DNA of 64,000 nt from Candidatus Zymogenus saltonus (GTDB lineage Bacteria > Desulfobacterota > Zymogenia > Zymogenales > Zymogenaceae). Every line of letters begins with the position of its first letter. The stretch's first letter is position 1. Positions 29,100 to 40,725 of this stretch are shown piece after piece. The notes beneath the pieces are model-generated. The model saw only the letters and a list, made by a program, of their open reading frames with translations. It made no database searches and was not told where the DNA came from. The stretch covers positions 7,151 to 71,150 of the forward strand of contig JAFGIX010000052.1 of assembly GCA_016929395.1 (NCBI GenBank), given 5' to 3'. Both the position numbers and the translations under genes were made by a program.

Positions 29100-29525
29100 G
29101 TGCTGGAACTTAATTTCACATTCTTTATACAGATGATAAACTTCCTCGCCTTTGTCCTCGTGATAAACTGGCTCCTGGTAAAGCCTATACTTAGAGTCCT
29201 CGATGAAAGGAGGAACAGGGTAGAGGGAAACGAAGAAGAGTCGGAGCGCCTTCTGGCGGAGTCGGAAAGGATATTTAACGAGTACCAAACAGCCCTCAAA
29301 GAGGCAAGAATCGAAGCAAGCAGGGAGAAAGAGCGTTTGAGATCCGAAGGGATCGAAAGGGAATCCGAAATTATTAAGACAGCCAAAGAAGAGTCCAAGA
29401 ATATGACGGATAAGCTTAAAGAGGAGATCGCAAAGGAATCGGAAATGGCCTTAGCCAAGATGAAAAATGAAGCCGATGTCCTCTCTAAAGTGATCGCCGA
29501 GAAGATCCTCGAAAGGGAGATTTAA
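29100..29525 (+). CDS. atpF2: ATP synthase F0 subunit b'
   Basis: single N-terminal TM + long charged coiled coil; GTG start. Confidence 0.7.
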   Translation: MLELNFTFFIQMINFLAFVLVINWLLVKPILRVLDERRNRVEGNEEESERLLAESERIFNEYQTALKEARIEASREKERLRSEGIERESEIIKTAKEESKNMTDKLKEEIAKESEMALAKMKNEADVLSKVIAEKILEREI

Positions 29526-29526
29526 A

Positions 29527-30195
29527 ATGAACCTGAAGATAAAACTCACTCGCTCCCTTACCGTTCTGATAATCTTTGCAGTAGTCTCCATCTCCTTGGC
29601 CCTCTATACGACGCTTCTCGCCAACGGCGTGGTATCCATCGATGCCATGCAAAATGTCGCCTTCCTGAAAAAATTTGCCCTTTCGCTTGAAAGCGACATT
29701 AACAGATTCGAGGACTTCGCATGGAGAATAGCCAACTTCTCTATTTTGATCATCATATTGCACGTTGTCCTTACAGAAAAGATTATCGATTTCTTCTCGA
29801 ACAGAAAAAAGGCCATCCGCGAGGCCCTCGATGACGCGGCGGAATCCAAGATTAACGCCGAAAAGAGGTACCAAGAGATTACCGCAAAGTTTTCAAAGGT
29901 TAAGAAAGAGGTCGAAGAGCTCAGGACAACCTTTCTCGAAGAGGGGAAAAGGGAGCGTCAACGGCTGATTGAAACCGCCGCCAAGGAGGCGGAGAAGATT
30001 CGACTTATGGCCGAAAAGAGTATTGAACATGAGCTGATCATGGCAAAGCAGGCCATCAAGACCGAGACCGTTGATTTGGCCTTAAGTATCGCGGAACAGA
30101 TACTGAAAAAGAATATCAAGAAAAAAGACATCTCGAGAATGACCAACGAATATATTGAAAACACTATTAGTGAAAAGACTGCTAAACTGACATGA
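29527..30195 (+). CDS. atpF: ATP synthase F0 subunit b
   Basis: TM N-term + coiled coil; operon position. Confidence 0.75.
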   Translation: MNLKIKLTRSLTVLIIFAVVSISLALYTTLLANGVVSIDAMQNVAFLKKFALSLESDINRFEDFAWRIANFSILIIILHVVLTEKIIDFFSNRKKAIREALDDAAESKINAEKRYQEITAKFSKVKKEVEELRTTFLEEGKRERQRLIETAAKEAEKIRLMAEKSIEHELIMAKQAIKTETVDLALSIAEQILKKNIKKKDISRMTNEYIENTISEKTAKLT

Positions 30196-30743
30196 TTCAA
30201 AAAACCGTTGCAAGAAAGTACGCACGAGCCCTGATGGAGCTTGCCAAGGAAGACAACAAAAAGGAGCAATACGGAAAGGAGATATCCTCTTTTTTCACCA
30301 TGCTTAAAAGTGACAAAATGCTCTGGAGTTTTTTTGTCGGGCCTTCGGAATCTCTGGAGAACAAAAGGGCCGCCCTTGAGGAGATTTTGCCGAAATTTAA
30401 ATTTTCAAATGTGGTGCAGAATTTCATCCGTCTGATCTTTGAAAAGGAAAGGCTCTCATTCTTGGGGGATATAGTTGAAATCTACAACACCCTTTTGGAT
30501 GAGGCGGAGGGAAGGGTCAGGGCAAGGATAATAAGCGCCTCCCCCCTGACCAAGGCGGATTTAAATAAAATTGTAAAGGGACTCTCGGCCGCTATCGGCA
30601 AAGAGATAGTCGCCGACGTCAGTCTCGATCCTGAAATAATCGGTGGTATTATCGCCCATGTGGGTGGATTGGTCTTTGACGGAAGTATAAAGACCCAGCT
30701 GAACAATATTGGTTATAATCTTAAGAAGGAATACGTTAATTGA
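30192..30743 (+). CDS. atpH: ATP synthase F1 subunit delta
   Basis: OSCP-family sequence ([15 protein letters not shown]...). Confidence 0.85.
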   Translation: MIQKTVARKYARALMELAKEDNKKEQYGKEISSFFTMLKSDKMLWSFFVGPSESLENKRAALEEILPKFKFSNVVQNFIRLIFEKERLSFLGDIVEIYNTLLDEAEGRVRARIISASPLTKADLNKIVKGLSAAIGKEIVADVSLDPEIIGGIIAHVGGLVFDGSIKTQLNNIGYNLKKEYVN

Positions 30744-30744
30744 T

Positions 30745-32253
30745 ATGGAAATCAAAGCCGAAGAGATAAGCAGTATTTTAAAGAAGCAGATTCGAGACTA
30801 CGAAAAGAAACTCGAAATCTCTGAAACCGGTACCATCCTCTATGTCGGCGACGGCATCGCCAGGATTCACGGCCTCGAAAACGCCATGGCCGGCGAGCTT
30901 TTGGAGTTTCCGGGGGAACTTACCGGTATTGTTCTAAACCTCGAGGAAGACAATGTGGGCGCGGCTATATTCGGTGAGGGTTGGCACATAAAGGAGGGTG
31001 ATATAGTAAAGAGGACCGGCCGTATCGCCGAGGTCCCAGTGGGAGAGGAGCTCCTGGGCAGGGTCGTCAACGCCCTCGGTCAACCGATCGACGGAAAGGG
31101 CCCCATAAAAACCAAGAACTTCTTCCCCATCGAGGTCAAGGCCCCCGGCATCGTATATCGCCAGCCGGTAAAGGAGCCCCTCCAGACGGGAATCAAGGCC
31201 ATCGACTCAATGACACCCATCGGGAGGGGACAGAGGGAGTTGATCATCGGCGATCGCCAAACGGGAAAGACCGCCATTGCCTTGGACACCATCTTGAATC
31301 AGCGGGATACGGACGTTGTCTCTATCTACGTGGCCATCGGTCAGAAGCGCTCCACGGTCGCCCGGGTGGTGGACATCTTGAACAAATTCGGCGCCATGGA
31401 TAAAACCATTGTCGTGGCTGTGACCGCATCTGAACCCGCACCGCTCCAATTTATTGCGCCTTACTCCGGCGTCACCATGGGCGAGTATTTTAGAGACAAC
31501 GAGAGTCACGCCCTTATAATCTACGACGACCTTTCAAAGCACGCAATGGCGTATCGTCAGCTCTCGCTCCTACTGAGGAGGCCCCCGGGAAGAGAGGCGT
31601 ATCCTGGGGACGTCTTTTACCTCCATTCGAGGCTCCTGGAGAGGTCGGCCAAGCTTTCGGACGACAAGGGGGGTGGATCGTTAACCGCCCTTCCCATAAT
31701 CGAGACCCAGGCGGGAGACGTCTCCGCGTATATCCCGACGAATGTAATCTCCATCACCGACGGCCAAATATTCCTCGAATCCGACCTTTTCTACTCGGGT
31801 GTTAGACCGGCCATCAACGTGGGACTTTCCGTCTCCAGGGTCGGCGGCAGCGCCCAGATAAAGGGGATGAAGCAGGTGGCCGGCTCACTGAGGCTCGACC
31901 TCGCCCAGTACAGGGAGATGGCCGCATTTGCCCAGTTCGGCTCCGACCTAGACAAGGCGACCCAGGCCCAGCTCTCCCGGGGAAGCAGGCTCGTTGAAAT
32001 TTTGAAACAGCCCCAATACAAGCCTCTGCCCGTGGAAAAACAGGTCCTTATCATATTTGCCGCCACAAACGGCTTCGTGGACGAATACCCGGAAGATGTT
32101 TTAAAAAAGTATGAGGAAGACCTTTATCTCTTTATGGAGACCAAAAATCCCGAGGTATTAAAGGAGATAAAGGAAAAGGGAGCGCTCACGAGCGAGCTCG
32201 AAAGGCAGCTCTCCAAGATAATCACCGATTTCAAAAAGAATTTTATAGTCTAA
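30745..32253 (+). CDS. atpA: ATP synthase F1 subunit alpha
   Basis: GDRQTGKTA Walker A, full alpha sequence; start at MEIKAEEI. Confidence 0.95.
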   Translation: MEIKAEEISSILKKQIRDYEKKLEISETGTILYVGDGIARIHGLENAMAGELLEFPGELTGIVLNLEEDNVGAAIFGEGWHIKEGDIVKRTGRIAEVPVGEELLGRVVNALGQPIDGKGPIKTKNFFPIEVKAPGIVYRQPVKEPLQTGIKAIDSMTPIGRGQRELIIGDRQTGKTAIALDTILNQRDTDVVSIYVAIGQKRSTVARVVDILNKFGAMDKTIVVAVTASEPAPLQFIAPYSGVTMGEYFRDNESHALIIYDDLSKHAMAYRQLSLLLRRPPGREAYPGDVFYLHSRLLERSAKLSDDKGGGSLTALPIIETQAGDVSAYIPTNVISITDGQIFLESDLFYSGVRPAINVGLSVSRVGGSAQIKGMKQVAGSLRLDLAQYREMAAFAQFGSDLDKATQAQLSRGSRLVEILKQPQYKPLPVEKQVLIIFAATNGFVDEYPEDVLKKYEEDLYLFMETKNPEVLKEIKEKGALTSELERQLSKIITDFKKNFIV

Positions 32254-32316
32254 TTTTACCAATTAAGCTTGGCAGAAATTTGAAAAGCTATTTAAAAGAA
32301 ATATAACGGCAACCCT

Positions 32317-33177
32317 ATGGCGAATCTCAAAGACATACGAAAACGAATCCTATCTGTAAAAAGCACCCAGCAGATCACGAGCGCCATGAAGATGGTCGCC
32401 GCCGCAAAGCTCAAAAAGGCTCAGGATAGGATAGAGAAGGCAAGACCCTACGCCGATAAGATGATGGAGGTGCTGGCGAGCATCGCGCTGAGAACCAGCC
32501 CGGATGCTCATCCCCTCCTGAAGAAAAGACCCGCGGAGAAGGTGATGCTTGTCATCCTGACCTCCGATAAGGGACTCTGTGGAGCCTTCAACCAGAATAT
32601 CATCAAATCGACCGAGCTGTTCGTCAGGGAGAACAGGAAGAGATATTCCGATATTCAATTTACGATCATCGGTAAAAAAGGATACGACTACTTCAAAAAA
32701 AGAGACATTCAAATATACAGAGACTTCGTGGGATTTTCGGGAAACGTCGATTTCGAGCTGGCGGGCAATATCTCCTCCGATATAAAGACCAGGTTTCTGT
32801 CGGGTATGGTCGACGAAATATACCTAATGTACAACAGGTTCCTTTCCGTAATGAGCCAGAAGATCGTCTTCGATCGGATCATCCCTATCGTCCCCCTTAA
32901 GGTGCCCGATGGTGAGTTGGCCCTCGAACATATCTTCGAGCCTTCCGAAACGGAGATATTGGACGATATCTTGGCGAAAAACATCGTGATTCAGGTTTTC
33001 AGGGCCCTCCTTGAATCGGAGGCCTCCGAGCTGGGAGCAAGGATGACCGCAATGGACAGCGCCACATCCAACGCCGATGAGATGATCGAAAAGCTTACCT
33101 TAAAGTACAATCGCGCCCGCCAGGAGACTATTACCAAAGAGCTTATTGAGATTGTAGGGGGGGCTGAGGCGCTTTAA
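32317..33177 (+). CDS. atpG: ATP synthase F1 subunit gamma
   Basis: MANLKDIRKRI...ITKELIEIVGGAEAL. Confidence 0.9.
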   Translation: MANLKDIRKRILSVKSTQQITSAMKMVAAAKLKKAQDRIEKARPYADKMMEVLASIALRTSPDAHPLLKKRPAEKVMLVILTSDKGLCGAFNQNIIKSTELFVRENRKRYSDIQFTIIGKKGYDYFKKRDIQIYRDFVGFSGNVDFELAGNISSDIKTRFLSGMVDEIYLMYNRFLSVMSQKIVFDRIIPIVPLKVPDGELALEHIFEPSETEILDDILAKNIVIQVFRALLESEASELGARMTAMDSATSNADEMIEKLTLKYNRARQETITKELIEIVGGAEAL

Positions 33178-33472
33178 ACTTTTAGGAAACCCGAACTTTC
33201 GGGTACAAGAGATCTTTTTGGCTTAATCGTTGTCGGGAATCATGAAGAGAGGTTAATATAATCATTTAACGATAAAGTGGTGCAAACCGGTTTTAATGGG
33301 GCTTCGAAAGGCAACTTAAATGTATTTTTGGTTATATAACTTTTTATCCAAAAGTAAAGGAAGCTTTTTCCTCCACTAAAAAGTTGTTCGGTGCTTTTTT
33401 AGGATTTGAAATTTGTGCTGTTTTCTTATATTGTTTTCAAATTCTTTTGCATATTCAAGTTACGTTGGCTAA

Positions 33473-34894
<1,422 letters not shown>

Positions 34895-34904
34895 TCCCAG
34901 CCTC

Positions 34905-35105
34905 CAAAAGAGGGGAGGCAGGGACTAATACATGGGGGGGAGGTTCTAATAAAAGGGGGGTAGGGGCTGATAGAAGGAGGGCAGGGTTTGATACATGGAG
35001 GGGCAGGATTTTATACAAGTGGGAGAGTTGATGTGAGAGGTGCGTGGTCTGATGCGATAGGGCAATGTCTGATGGAAGGGGGCAGGGTCTGATAGAAGGG
35101 AAGGC
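34905..35105 (+). repeat. G-rich ~21-bp degenerate tandem repeats (GGGGCAGGGTCTGATAGAAGG-like), about 9 units, between atpD and atpC
   Basis: read directly; no ORF. Confidence 0.85.
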
Positions 35106-35157
35106 TTTTTAACTACTAATTGGATATTTATCCTAAACCCTTAGGGGAAAAAAAGAG

Positions 35158-35568
35158 ATGGGAATCCAACTTGATATAATTACTCCTGACAGGATCGTCG
35201 CCAGCGAGGAGGTGGATAAAGTCGTATGCCCGGGTATCGACGGGGAGTTCGGAGTGCTTCCGGGCCACGTCGGTTTGATGACGAAGCTCAGGATCGGCGA
35301 GGTCAATTATTACGGAATCGACACCAAAAGGGAACACTATCTGGTGGTAACCACCGGCTACGTCGAAGTAACAAAAGACAAGGTAACTATCCTCCCCGAT
35401 TGGTGCATAAGATCAAGGGATATAGACAAAGTCCAGACGGAAATCGACCTCAACAAGGCCGAGGATATAATAAATAACGCCGAAAAGGAAACCGAGGAGT
35501 ATATTAAGGCGAAGGATGATTATCTCCTTGCCAAGGCCATCCTAAAACTCTGGGATAAGATAGGATAA
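35158..35568 (+). CDS. atpC: ATP synthase F1 subunit epsilon
   Basis: beta-sandwich + helical hairpin epsilon sequence. Confidence 0.9.
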   Translation: MGIQLDIITPDRIVASEEVDKVVCPGIDGEFGVLPGHVGLMTKLRIGEVNYYGIDTKREHYLVVTTGYVEVTKDKVTILPDWCIRSRDIDKVQTEIDLNKAEDIINNAEKETEEYIKAKDDYLLAKAILKLWDKIG

Positions 35569-35690
35569 GGGCCGCCCCTGTCGGCAAGCGAACGATATAT
35601 GGGAGACATGGGGGGAAGAAGGGGCAGGGAGAAATACGATTGGGCACGTAGGGTATGATGGGGCAAGGAGAATACGATAATAAACAGTAG
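35569..35690 (+). repeat. second G-rich repeat tract (GGGGCAGGGAGAAATACGAT-like) immediately after atpC
   Basis: read directly. Confidence 0.7.
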
Positions 35691-36068
35691 ATGCTTAACC
35701 TCATCCCTTTTTTCTTATCTAAATACTTTTTTCACAATAATTCCCTAAATCTATATCCCCGACCTTTGAATTTAACCTCGGTTCACGATGTAGACACGCC
35801 ACCCAATTTTACCAACATCGCGGCTTTCACCATTTATCTGAAAATCCCTCTTCTACCATGTAATCCACTGCCGCCGCCGAAAAGGGCCGCTGTCCTTAGT
35901 TCAATTGATCCTTCCTGAAGTACTTCTTATTCCCTCGTACTCTAAAGCCCTGATCGCTGCTTAGTTTTTTGCTGGGCAGGGCCCTATTTGTACTTTAAAC
36001 AGAGGGCCTCTCTTTTCGGCCGATGATTTTTGGCCGTTCCGTCCGGTACAATGGAAACCTTCCACCGA

Positions 36069-37592
36069 CTAAAAGACATCCCGATCCAGACTCCTGTACT
36101 GGACCGCCTCGGCCAGATGTGAGGGCGTTATATCTTTTTCACCGCCGAGGTCCGCTATGGTCCTCGACACCTTGATAATTCTCGTGTACGCCCGGGCGGA
36201 GAGGTTCAGCCTGTTCATTACCTTTTCGAGGAAGCCCCTGCACTCGGAAGAGAGTGGTGCAAAGAGCTCCAGGTCCCTCTGGGGCATCCCGGAGTTGAAG
36301 AAGTAGGGGCGATCCTTGAACCTCTCGTACTCTATCTTGCGGACGGCGTTGATCCTGTCTCTGATCGACGCCGAACTCTCGGACGGCTTCTCCGCAAGCT
36401 CCCTGTATTTCACCGCAGGCACCTCGATGTGGATGTCTATCCTGTCCATGAGTGGTCCCGAGATCCTCTGCCTGTACTGCCTGACGCGGTTAAGGTTACA
36501 GGTACACTCGTTGTTTCTATCCCCGAAATAACCGCAGGGGCAGGGATTCATCGCGGCGATAAGCATAAATCGTGATGGATAAGTAATGCTCGTTAAGGCT
36601 CTGGATATAGTAACCTTTCCATCCTCCAGGGGCTGCCGCAGCACCTCGAGGGCGTTCTTCTTGAACTCCGGTATCTCGTCCAAGAAGAGCACTCCGTTAT
36701 GGGCAAGGCTCACCTCCCCCGGATTCGGGATGTTGCCGCCCCCGATGAGCCCCACATCGGATATGGTGTGGTGGGGAGACCTGAAGGGCCTCGTGGCAAT
36801 TATGGGCTTCCCGTCCATCTTTCCCGCGATGCTGTGGATCTTCGTTGTCTCCAGCGACTCCTCGAAGCTCATCTCCGGCAGGATGCTCGACACCCTTTGG
36901 GCGAGCATGCTCTTCCCCGCCCCGGGCGGCCCTATCATGATGAGATTGTGTCCGCCGGCGGAGGCGACCTCGAGAGCCCGTTTTGCGTGGCTCTGGCCCC
37001 TCACCTCCGAGAAATCAACCCCGTACTCCTTGTTCTCGTTGAATATCTCGTCGCGATTTACCCTCTTGGGCGGTATCGAAAGCTCCCCCCTGAGAAAGCC
37101 CACCCCCTCCTCGAGGCGTTTTATCGGTATTACGTCGATTCCCTCCACGAAGGCCGCCTCCTCGGCGTTACCGTCGGCGACCATAATGCCGGAAAATCCC
37201 CCCTCCCTCGCCGCCAGCGCCATAGGCAAAATGCCGTTTATCGATTTCAGGCCTCCATCGAGGGAGAGCTCGCCTACAAGGATATATTTGAGGGGTGTGT
37301 CCTTTGGGATCTCTCCCGAGGCCGCAAGGATGGCGATCGCCATCGGCAAGTCAAACGCCGACCCCTCCTTCTTAATATAGGCGGGGGCGAGGTTGACCGT
37401 AATCTTCTTTTGCGGAAAATCGAATCCTGAATTTTTTACGGCGGCCTTGATCCTGTCCTTGCTCTCCTTTACGGCGGCATCCGGAAGCCCCACGGTGGAA
37501 AAGAGGGGCAAGCCGCCGGCAAGATCAACCTCCACGTCCACAACGTAGGCGTCAATCCCCAAGACCGCGCTGCTCTTTACAAGAGAAAGCAT
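36069..37592 (-). CDS. YifB/ComM family Mg-chelatase-like AAA+ ATPase
   Basis: Lon-like N-domain, Walker A GPPGAGKSM, C-terminal Mg-chelatase domain. Confidence 0.9.
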   Translation of the reverse strand: MLSLVKSSAVLGIDAYVVDVEVDLAGGLPLFSTVGLPDAAVKESKDRIKAAVKNSGFDFPQKKITVNLAPAYIKKEGSAFDLPMAIAILAASGEIPKDTPLKYILVGELSLDGGLKSINGILPMALAAREGGFSGIMVADGNAEEAAFVEGIDVIPIKRLEEGVGFLRGELSIPPKRVNRDEIFNENKEYGVDFSEVRGQSHAKRALEVASAGGHNLIMIGPPGAGKSMLAQRVSSILPEMSFEESLETTKIHSIAGKMDGKPIIATRPFRSPHHTISDVGLIGGGNIPNPGEVSLAHNGVLFLDEIPEFKKNALEVLRQPLEDGKVTISRALTSITYPSRFMLIAAMNPCPCGYFGDRNNECTCNLNRVRQYRQRISGPLMDRIDIHIEVPAVKYRELAEKPSESSASIRDRINAVRKIEYERFKDRPYFFNSGMPQRDLELFAPLSSECRGFLEKVMNRLNLSARAYTRIIKVSRTIADLGGEKDITPSHLAEAVQYRSLDRDVF

Positions 37593-37601
37593 AAGTGTGG
37601 A

Positions 37602-38063
37602 TTAAAAATTCCCTGCCATGTGAAGAAAGGCCTTGATCTTCTCGTTGGTCTCCCTCAGACGTGAGGAAAAGGTTCTTACAAAGGCCCACAAAATCTTGTA
37701 CGCTATGTCCTTGTCAAAAAAGAGGAGGTCGTCGAAGTCCTTCTTCGAAATCACGAGAAGCTCGGTATCTTCGTGTACTATCAGATCGGCGGACCTCGGG
37801 GCGTCATCTATAAGGGCCATCTCACCGAAGTACTCCCCCTTTTCGAGGATTGTCAACGCCTCCTCTCCTGCCCCGCCTATGGCCTGGCTCACCCTGACGG
37901 AACCGGTGCGTATGATATAGAATTTATCACCCTTGTCCCCTTCCTTAAACAGGGCGTGGTCCTTCGGGAATTTTTCCTCCGACACTATCCCTGCAACCTT
38001 TGTGAGCTCTTCGTCGTTAAGGTCTTCAAACAGATAAATACTCTTAAGAATCTCTGCTTCCAT
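37602..38063 (-). CDS. cyclic nucleotide-binding domain protein
   Basis: cNMP-binding fold (GEYFGEMALI...RSA). Confidence 0.8.
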   Translation of the reverse strand: MEAEILKSIYLFEDLNDEELTKVAGIVSEEKFPKDHALFKEGDKGDKFYIIRTGSVRVSQAIGGAGEEALTILEKGEYFGEMALIDDAPRSADLIVHEDTELLVISKKDFDDLLFFDKDIAYKILWAFVRTFSSRLRETNEKIKAFLHMAGNF

Positions 38064-38207
38064 TCAAACACCTCATAATTACAAATAACGTATATCAGAG
38101 ACTTGCCCTTAATACAATGTAAAAAAACGGCTTTTGCATAAAAAATGGTGGCGACGAAGATAAAATTTTGACTTTACACCAACTTTTTCCTCTGTTATAT
38201 TTGTTTT

Positions 38208-38804
38208 ATGGAACCGATGGAGCAAATCAGACTCTTGGAGGCAAAGCTCGCGGATCTCAAGGTGGAATACGACAAGTACTTTTCCGGCGTTGAGAAGATT
38301 GAGCCCACCAAGCTCAAAGGCGAGGTCCAGAAAATCGTCCGGCGCCTGAGCACCCTCTACATCAACAACACTGCAATTCGGTTCAGGAAAGACAACATAA
38401 TTGCCCAATACAACTCCTACAACCAGTACTGGAACAGGATATTGAGGCAGATCGAAGAGGGGACCTATGTTAGGGACATCTTCAAGGCGGACTACAGGGA
38501 CAGGTTAAAATCGATTAACTCCCAGACAGGCCGCCCCCCCTCCGAAGGGGGCGGGATGCCGGGGGGAAGAGCGGCCCGACCGTCCGGTTCAGGACCGAGG
38601 GAGTTCGAGGGCGTATTCTCAAGCCTCATAAAAACGAAAGAGAGGCTCGGGGAATCCACCGTCAACATCGACTACAACGTCCTCTCGTCAAACCTGAAGA
38701 AGCAGTCCGACGCGATAATGAAGAAGTACAAGGTCTCCCGGGTTGATTTCACCGTGGAGGAAAAAGACGGCAAGGCGATTATAAAGGCGCTTCCCAAGAA
38801 ATAG
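38208..38804 (+). CDS. conserved hypothetical protein (deltaproteobacterial-type)
   Basis: coiled-coil N-term, Gly/Pro-rich linker, basic C-terminal domain; no confident family. Confidence 0.5.
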   Translation: MEPMEQIRLLEAKLADLKVEYDKYFSGVEKIEPTKLKGEVQKIVRRLSTLYINNTAIRFRKDNIIAQYNSYNQYWNRILRQIEEGTYVRDIFKADYRDRLKSINSQTGRPPSEGGGMPGGRAARPSGSGPREFEGVFSSLIKTKERLGESTVNIDYNVLSSNLKKQSDAIMKKYKVSRVDFTVEEKDGKAIIKALPKK

Positions 38805-39432
38805 TATTATTTCCTCCCCCCCTTTCCCTCTTTGTCTCTTTCCCTCTTCGGCTCTCCCTTTTATATATTATCCTCTGACTCTCACTTTTTTATAAGCTTA
38901 AAGGACATTCCGCATCCCACCTGCTATTTCAGGTCGCATCCTTTCGTGCTTCCACCCGTCGTGGGCTGTTGTTTCCGAGATACAACTGCGTTTTCCCAAT
39001 CCGTTTACGGCCCGAAACCGCATCCCCTCGGCTCAAAACACTTATTGCCCCGCCTTATCCCGCAGTTCACCGCCCCCCCAAACACTAACCAATCCACGGA
39101 CCCACCGACCTTCATGTACTTTAACTGTCTAAAAAAATGTGTAATCTATCTTCTCTCATCCCCATTGAAACCGAGAAACATCGAAGCCTTTTTTTAGCTA
39201 AATTTTATTTCCCGGCCGTCGTCTGAAACTGAAATCTCGATATATAAAAACAGGTGTTTCCTTAAAAATACAGCATAATTAGACATTTTTCTTTTCACAT
39301 GTATTAATATCGGCCGCCGACCATAACGATTTTCAGCGACCCGACACCACAAATATGACCGCGAGCAAGGGACCCGAATTAGTATCTACAATAGCATTAC
39401 GTCCCGGCTAAAAAAATTTTTCCAACCCCCGT

Positions 39433-40578
39433 TTACGACAGGTGAATCGTCCTGTCCTTCCAGACTATCCCCTGCTTGCTCATCACAACGAGCATCGCCC
39501 TTATGAACATCCCGACCCAGATGAGGGCTCCCAGTGGTAGAAATATTGCCTCGCCGAAGGTCAGTCCGAAGTTGCCCACGGCGGTCACAAACATGATGAT
39601 TCCGAGCAGTATTTGTACTATCGGGGCGATAAGCTGGAGCCCCGAAAAATCCGCCGTGAAGGGGAGCACCAGGATTTTAATTGCCGGATAGACGAAAATG
39701 GCGAAATAGAGAAGGGCAAGGAGCATCGACGCGATGATCGATCTGTTCGCCATCGAGTACAGGTATCTGGTAAGCCCCTCCCAGAGCTCGGGTGGCTTGC
39801 CGTGAACCTTCGCCTTCGCCAGGGATGCCCCGGAGAGGAGGCGTATCTTCCCCCCTTTTTTCTTCATGGCCCTGGCCAGCGCCACTCCTTCCCTTATACT
39901 CTCGCTCCCGGAGCTATGCCCGCCTATCTTCTTGTATGCCTCCCTTTCTATCATCATGCACTGTCCGTGGGCGTAGGCGGCAAGGGGCTCCCAGGGCCAA
40001 TCCATGGCGTAGGAGGGAAAGAGCAGAAAGAGGTGAAAATATTTAAAGGGCGCTAAAATTCCCTCGATAAATCCTTCTTTTGTCTGAAAGGGGATCATAG
40101 AGACTATCCCAGCGCTCCTCTTTTTCGCCGCGGACACCATCATCGACAGCGCCTTCCTGTTCAAGACCACGTCCGCGTCCATGAAGAGGAGGTATTTCCC
40201 CCGGGAGACCTGGGCAGCCTGAAAGGAGGCGTAAGGCTTTCCAATCCAGTGGGGGGCGATCTCCCTCCCCCGTGCCAGCCTGAATCGGTCATTCCTTGAG
40301 GCGATCTCGTTTGCCAGCTGGAGGGTTTTATCGGTGGAGGCGTCGTCCACGACGATTACCTCGAATCGGGGGTGATCCTGGGCCGCCAGTGCGTTGAGAC
40401 ACGCCTTTATATTTTTTGCCTCGTTCCTCGTCGGGATAAGGACCGAGACCGAGGGCAAGGCGTCCCTCCCGAGGTTTTCCTCGGGCTCCTTAATCCTCAT
40501 CTTATTCATTATGACGTTTACGAAGAGCAATACGGTCAAGACAATGAGTAATAAATCCAAAAATGATGCATATTCCAT
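39433..40578 (-). CDS. glycosyltransferase family 2 (membrane-bound)
   Basis: VSVLIPTRNE...VIVVDDASTD DxD architecture, C-terminal TM helices. Confidence 0.85.
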   Translation of the reverse strand: MEYASFLDLLLIVLTVLLFVNVIMNKMRIKEPEENLGRDALPSVSVLIPTRNEAKNIKACLNALAAQDHPRFEVIVVDDASTDKTLQLANEIASRNDRFRLARGREIAPHWIGKPYASFQAAQVSRGKYLLFMDADVVLNRKALSMMVSAAKKRSAGIVSMIPFQTKEGFIEGILAPFKYFHLFLLFPSYAMDWPWEPLAAYAHGQCMMIEREAYKKIGGHSSGSESIREGVALARAMKKKGGKIRLLSGASLAKAKVHGKPPELWEGLTRYLYSMANRSIIASMLLALLYFAIFVYPAIKILVLPFTADFSGLQLIAPIVQILLGIIMFVTAVGNFGLTFGEAIFLPLGALIWVGMFIRAMLVVMSKQGIVWKDRTIHLS

Positions 40579-40725
40579 ATTAATCCCCGGAATTTCCCTT
40601 TTTTACTATTTTTCTCAATAATAACCCAAAGAGGTGTTTTCGGTCAACTCTTTTTAATCTGAAACGCCTTCTCACCCCGCCGTTTTCGAAGTTTTCAGCG
40701 ATGTCTTGAGGCACAAATTTTTGAT

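Noticed and set aside
38832-39197. 121-aa ORF in the convergent intergenic region
   Set aside because: Reads through a polypyrimidine tract; Pro/Ser/Cys low complexity, no RBS, no start context.
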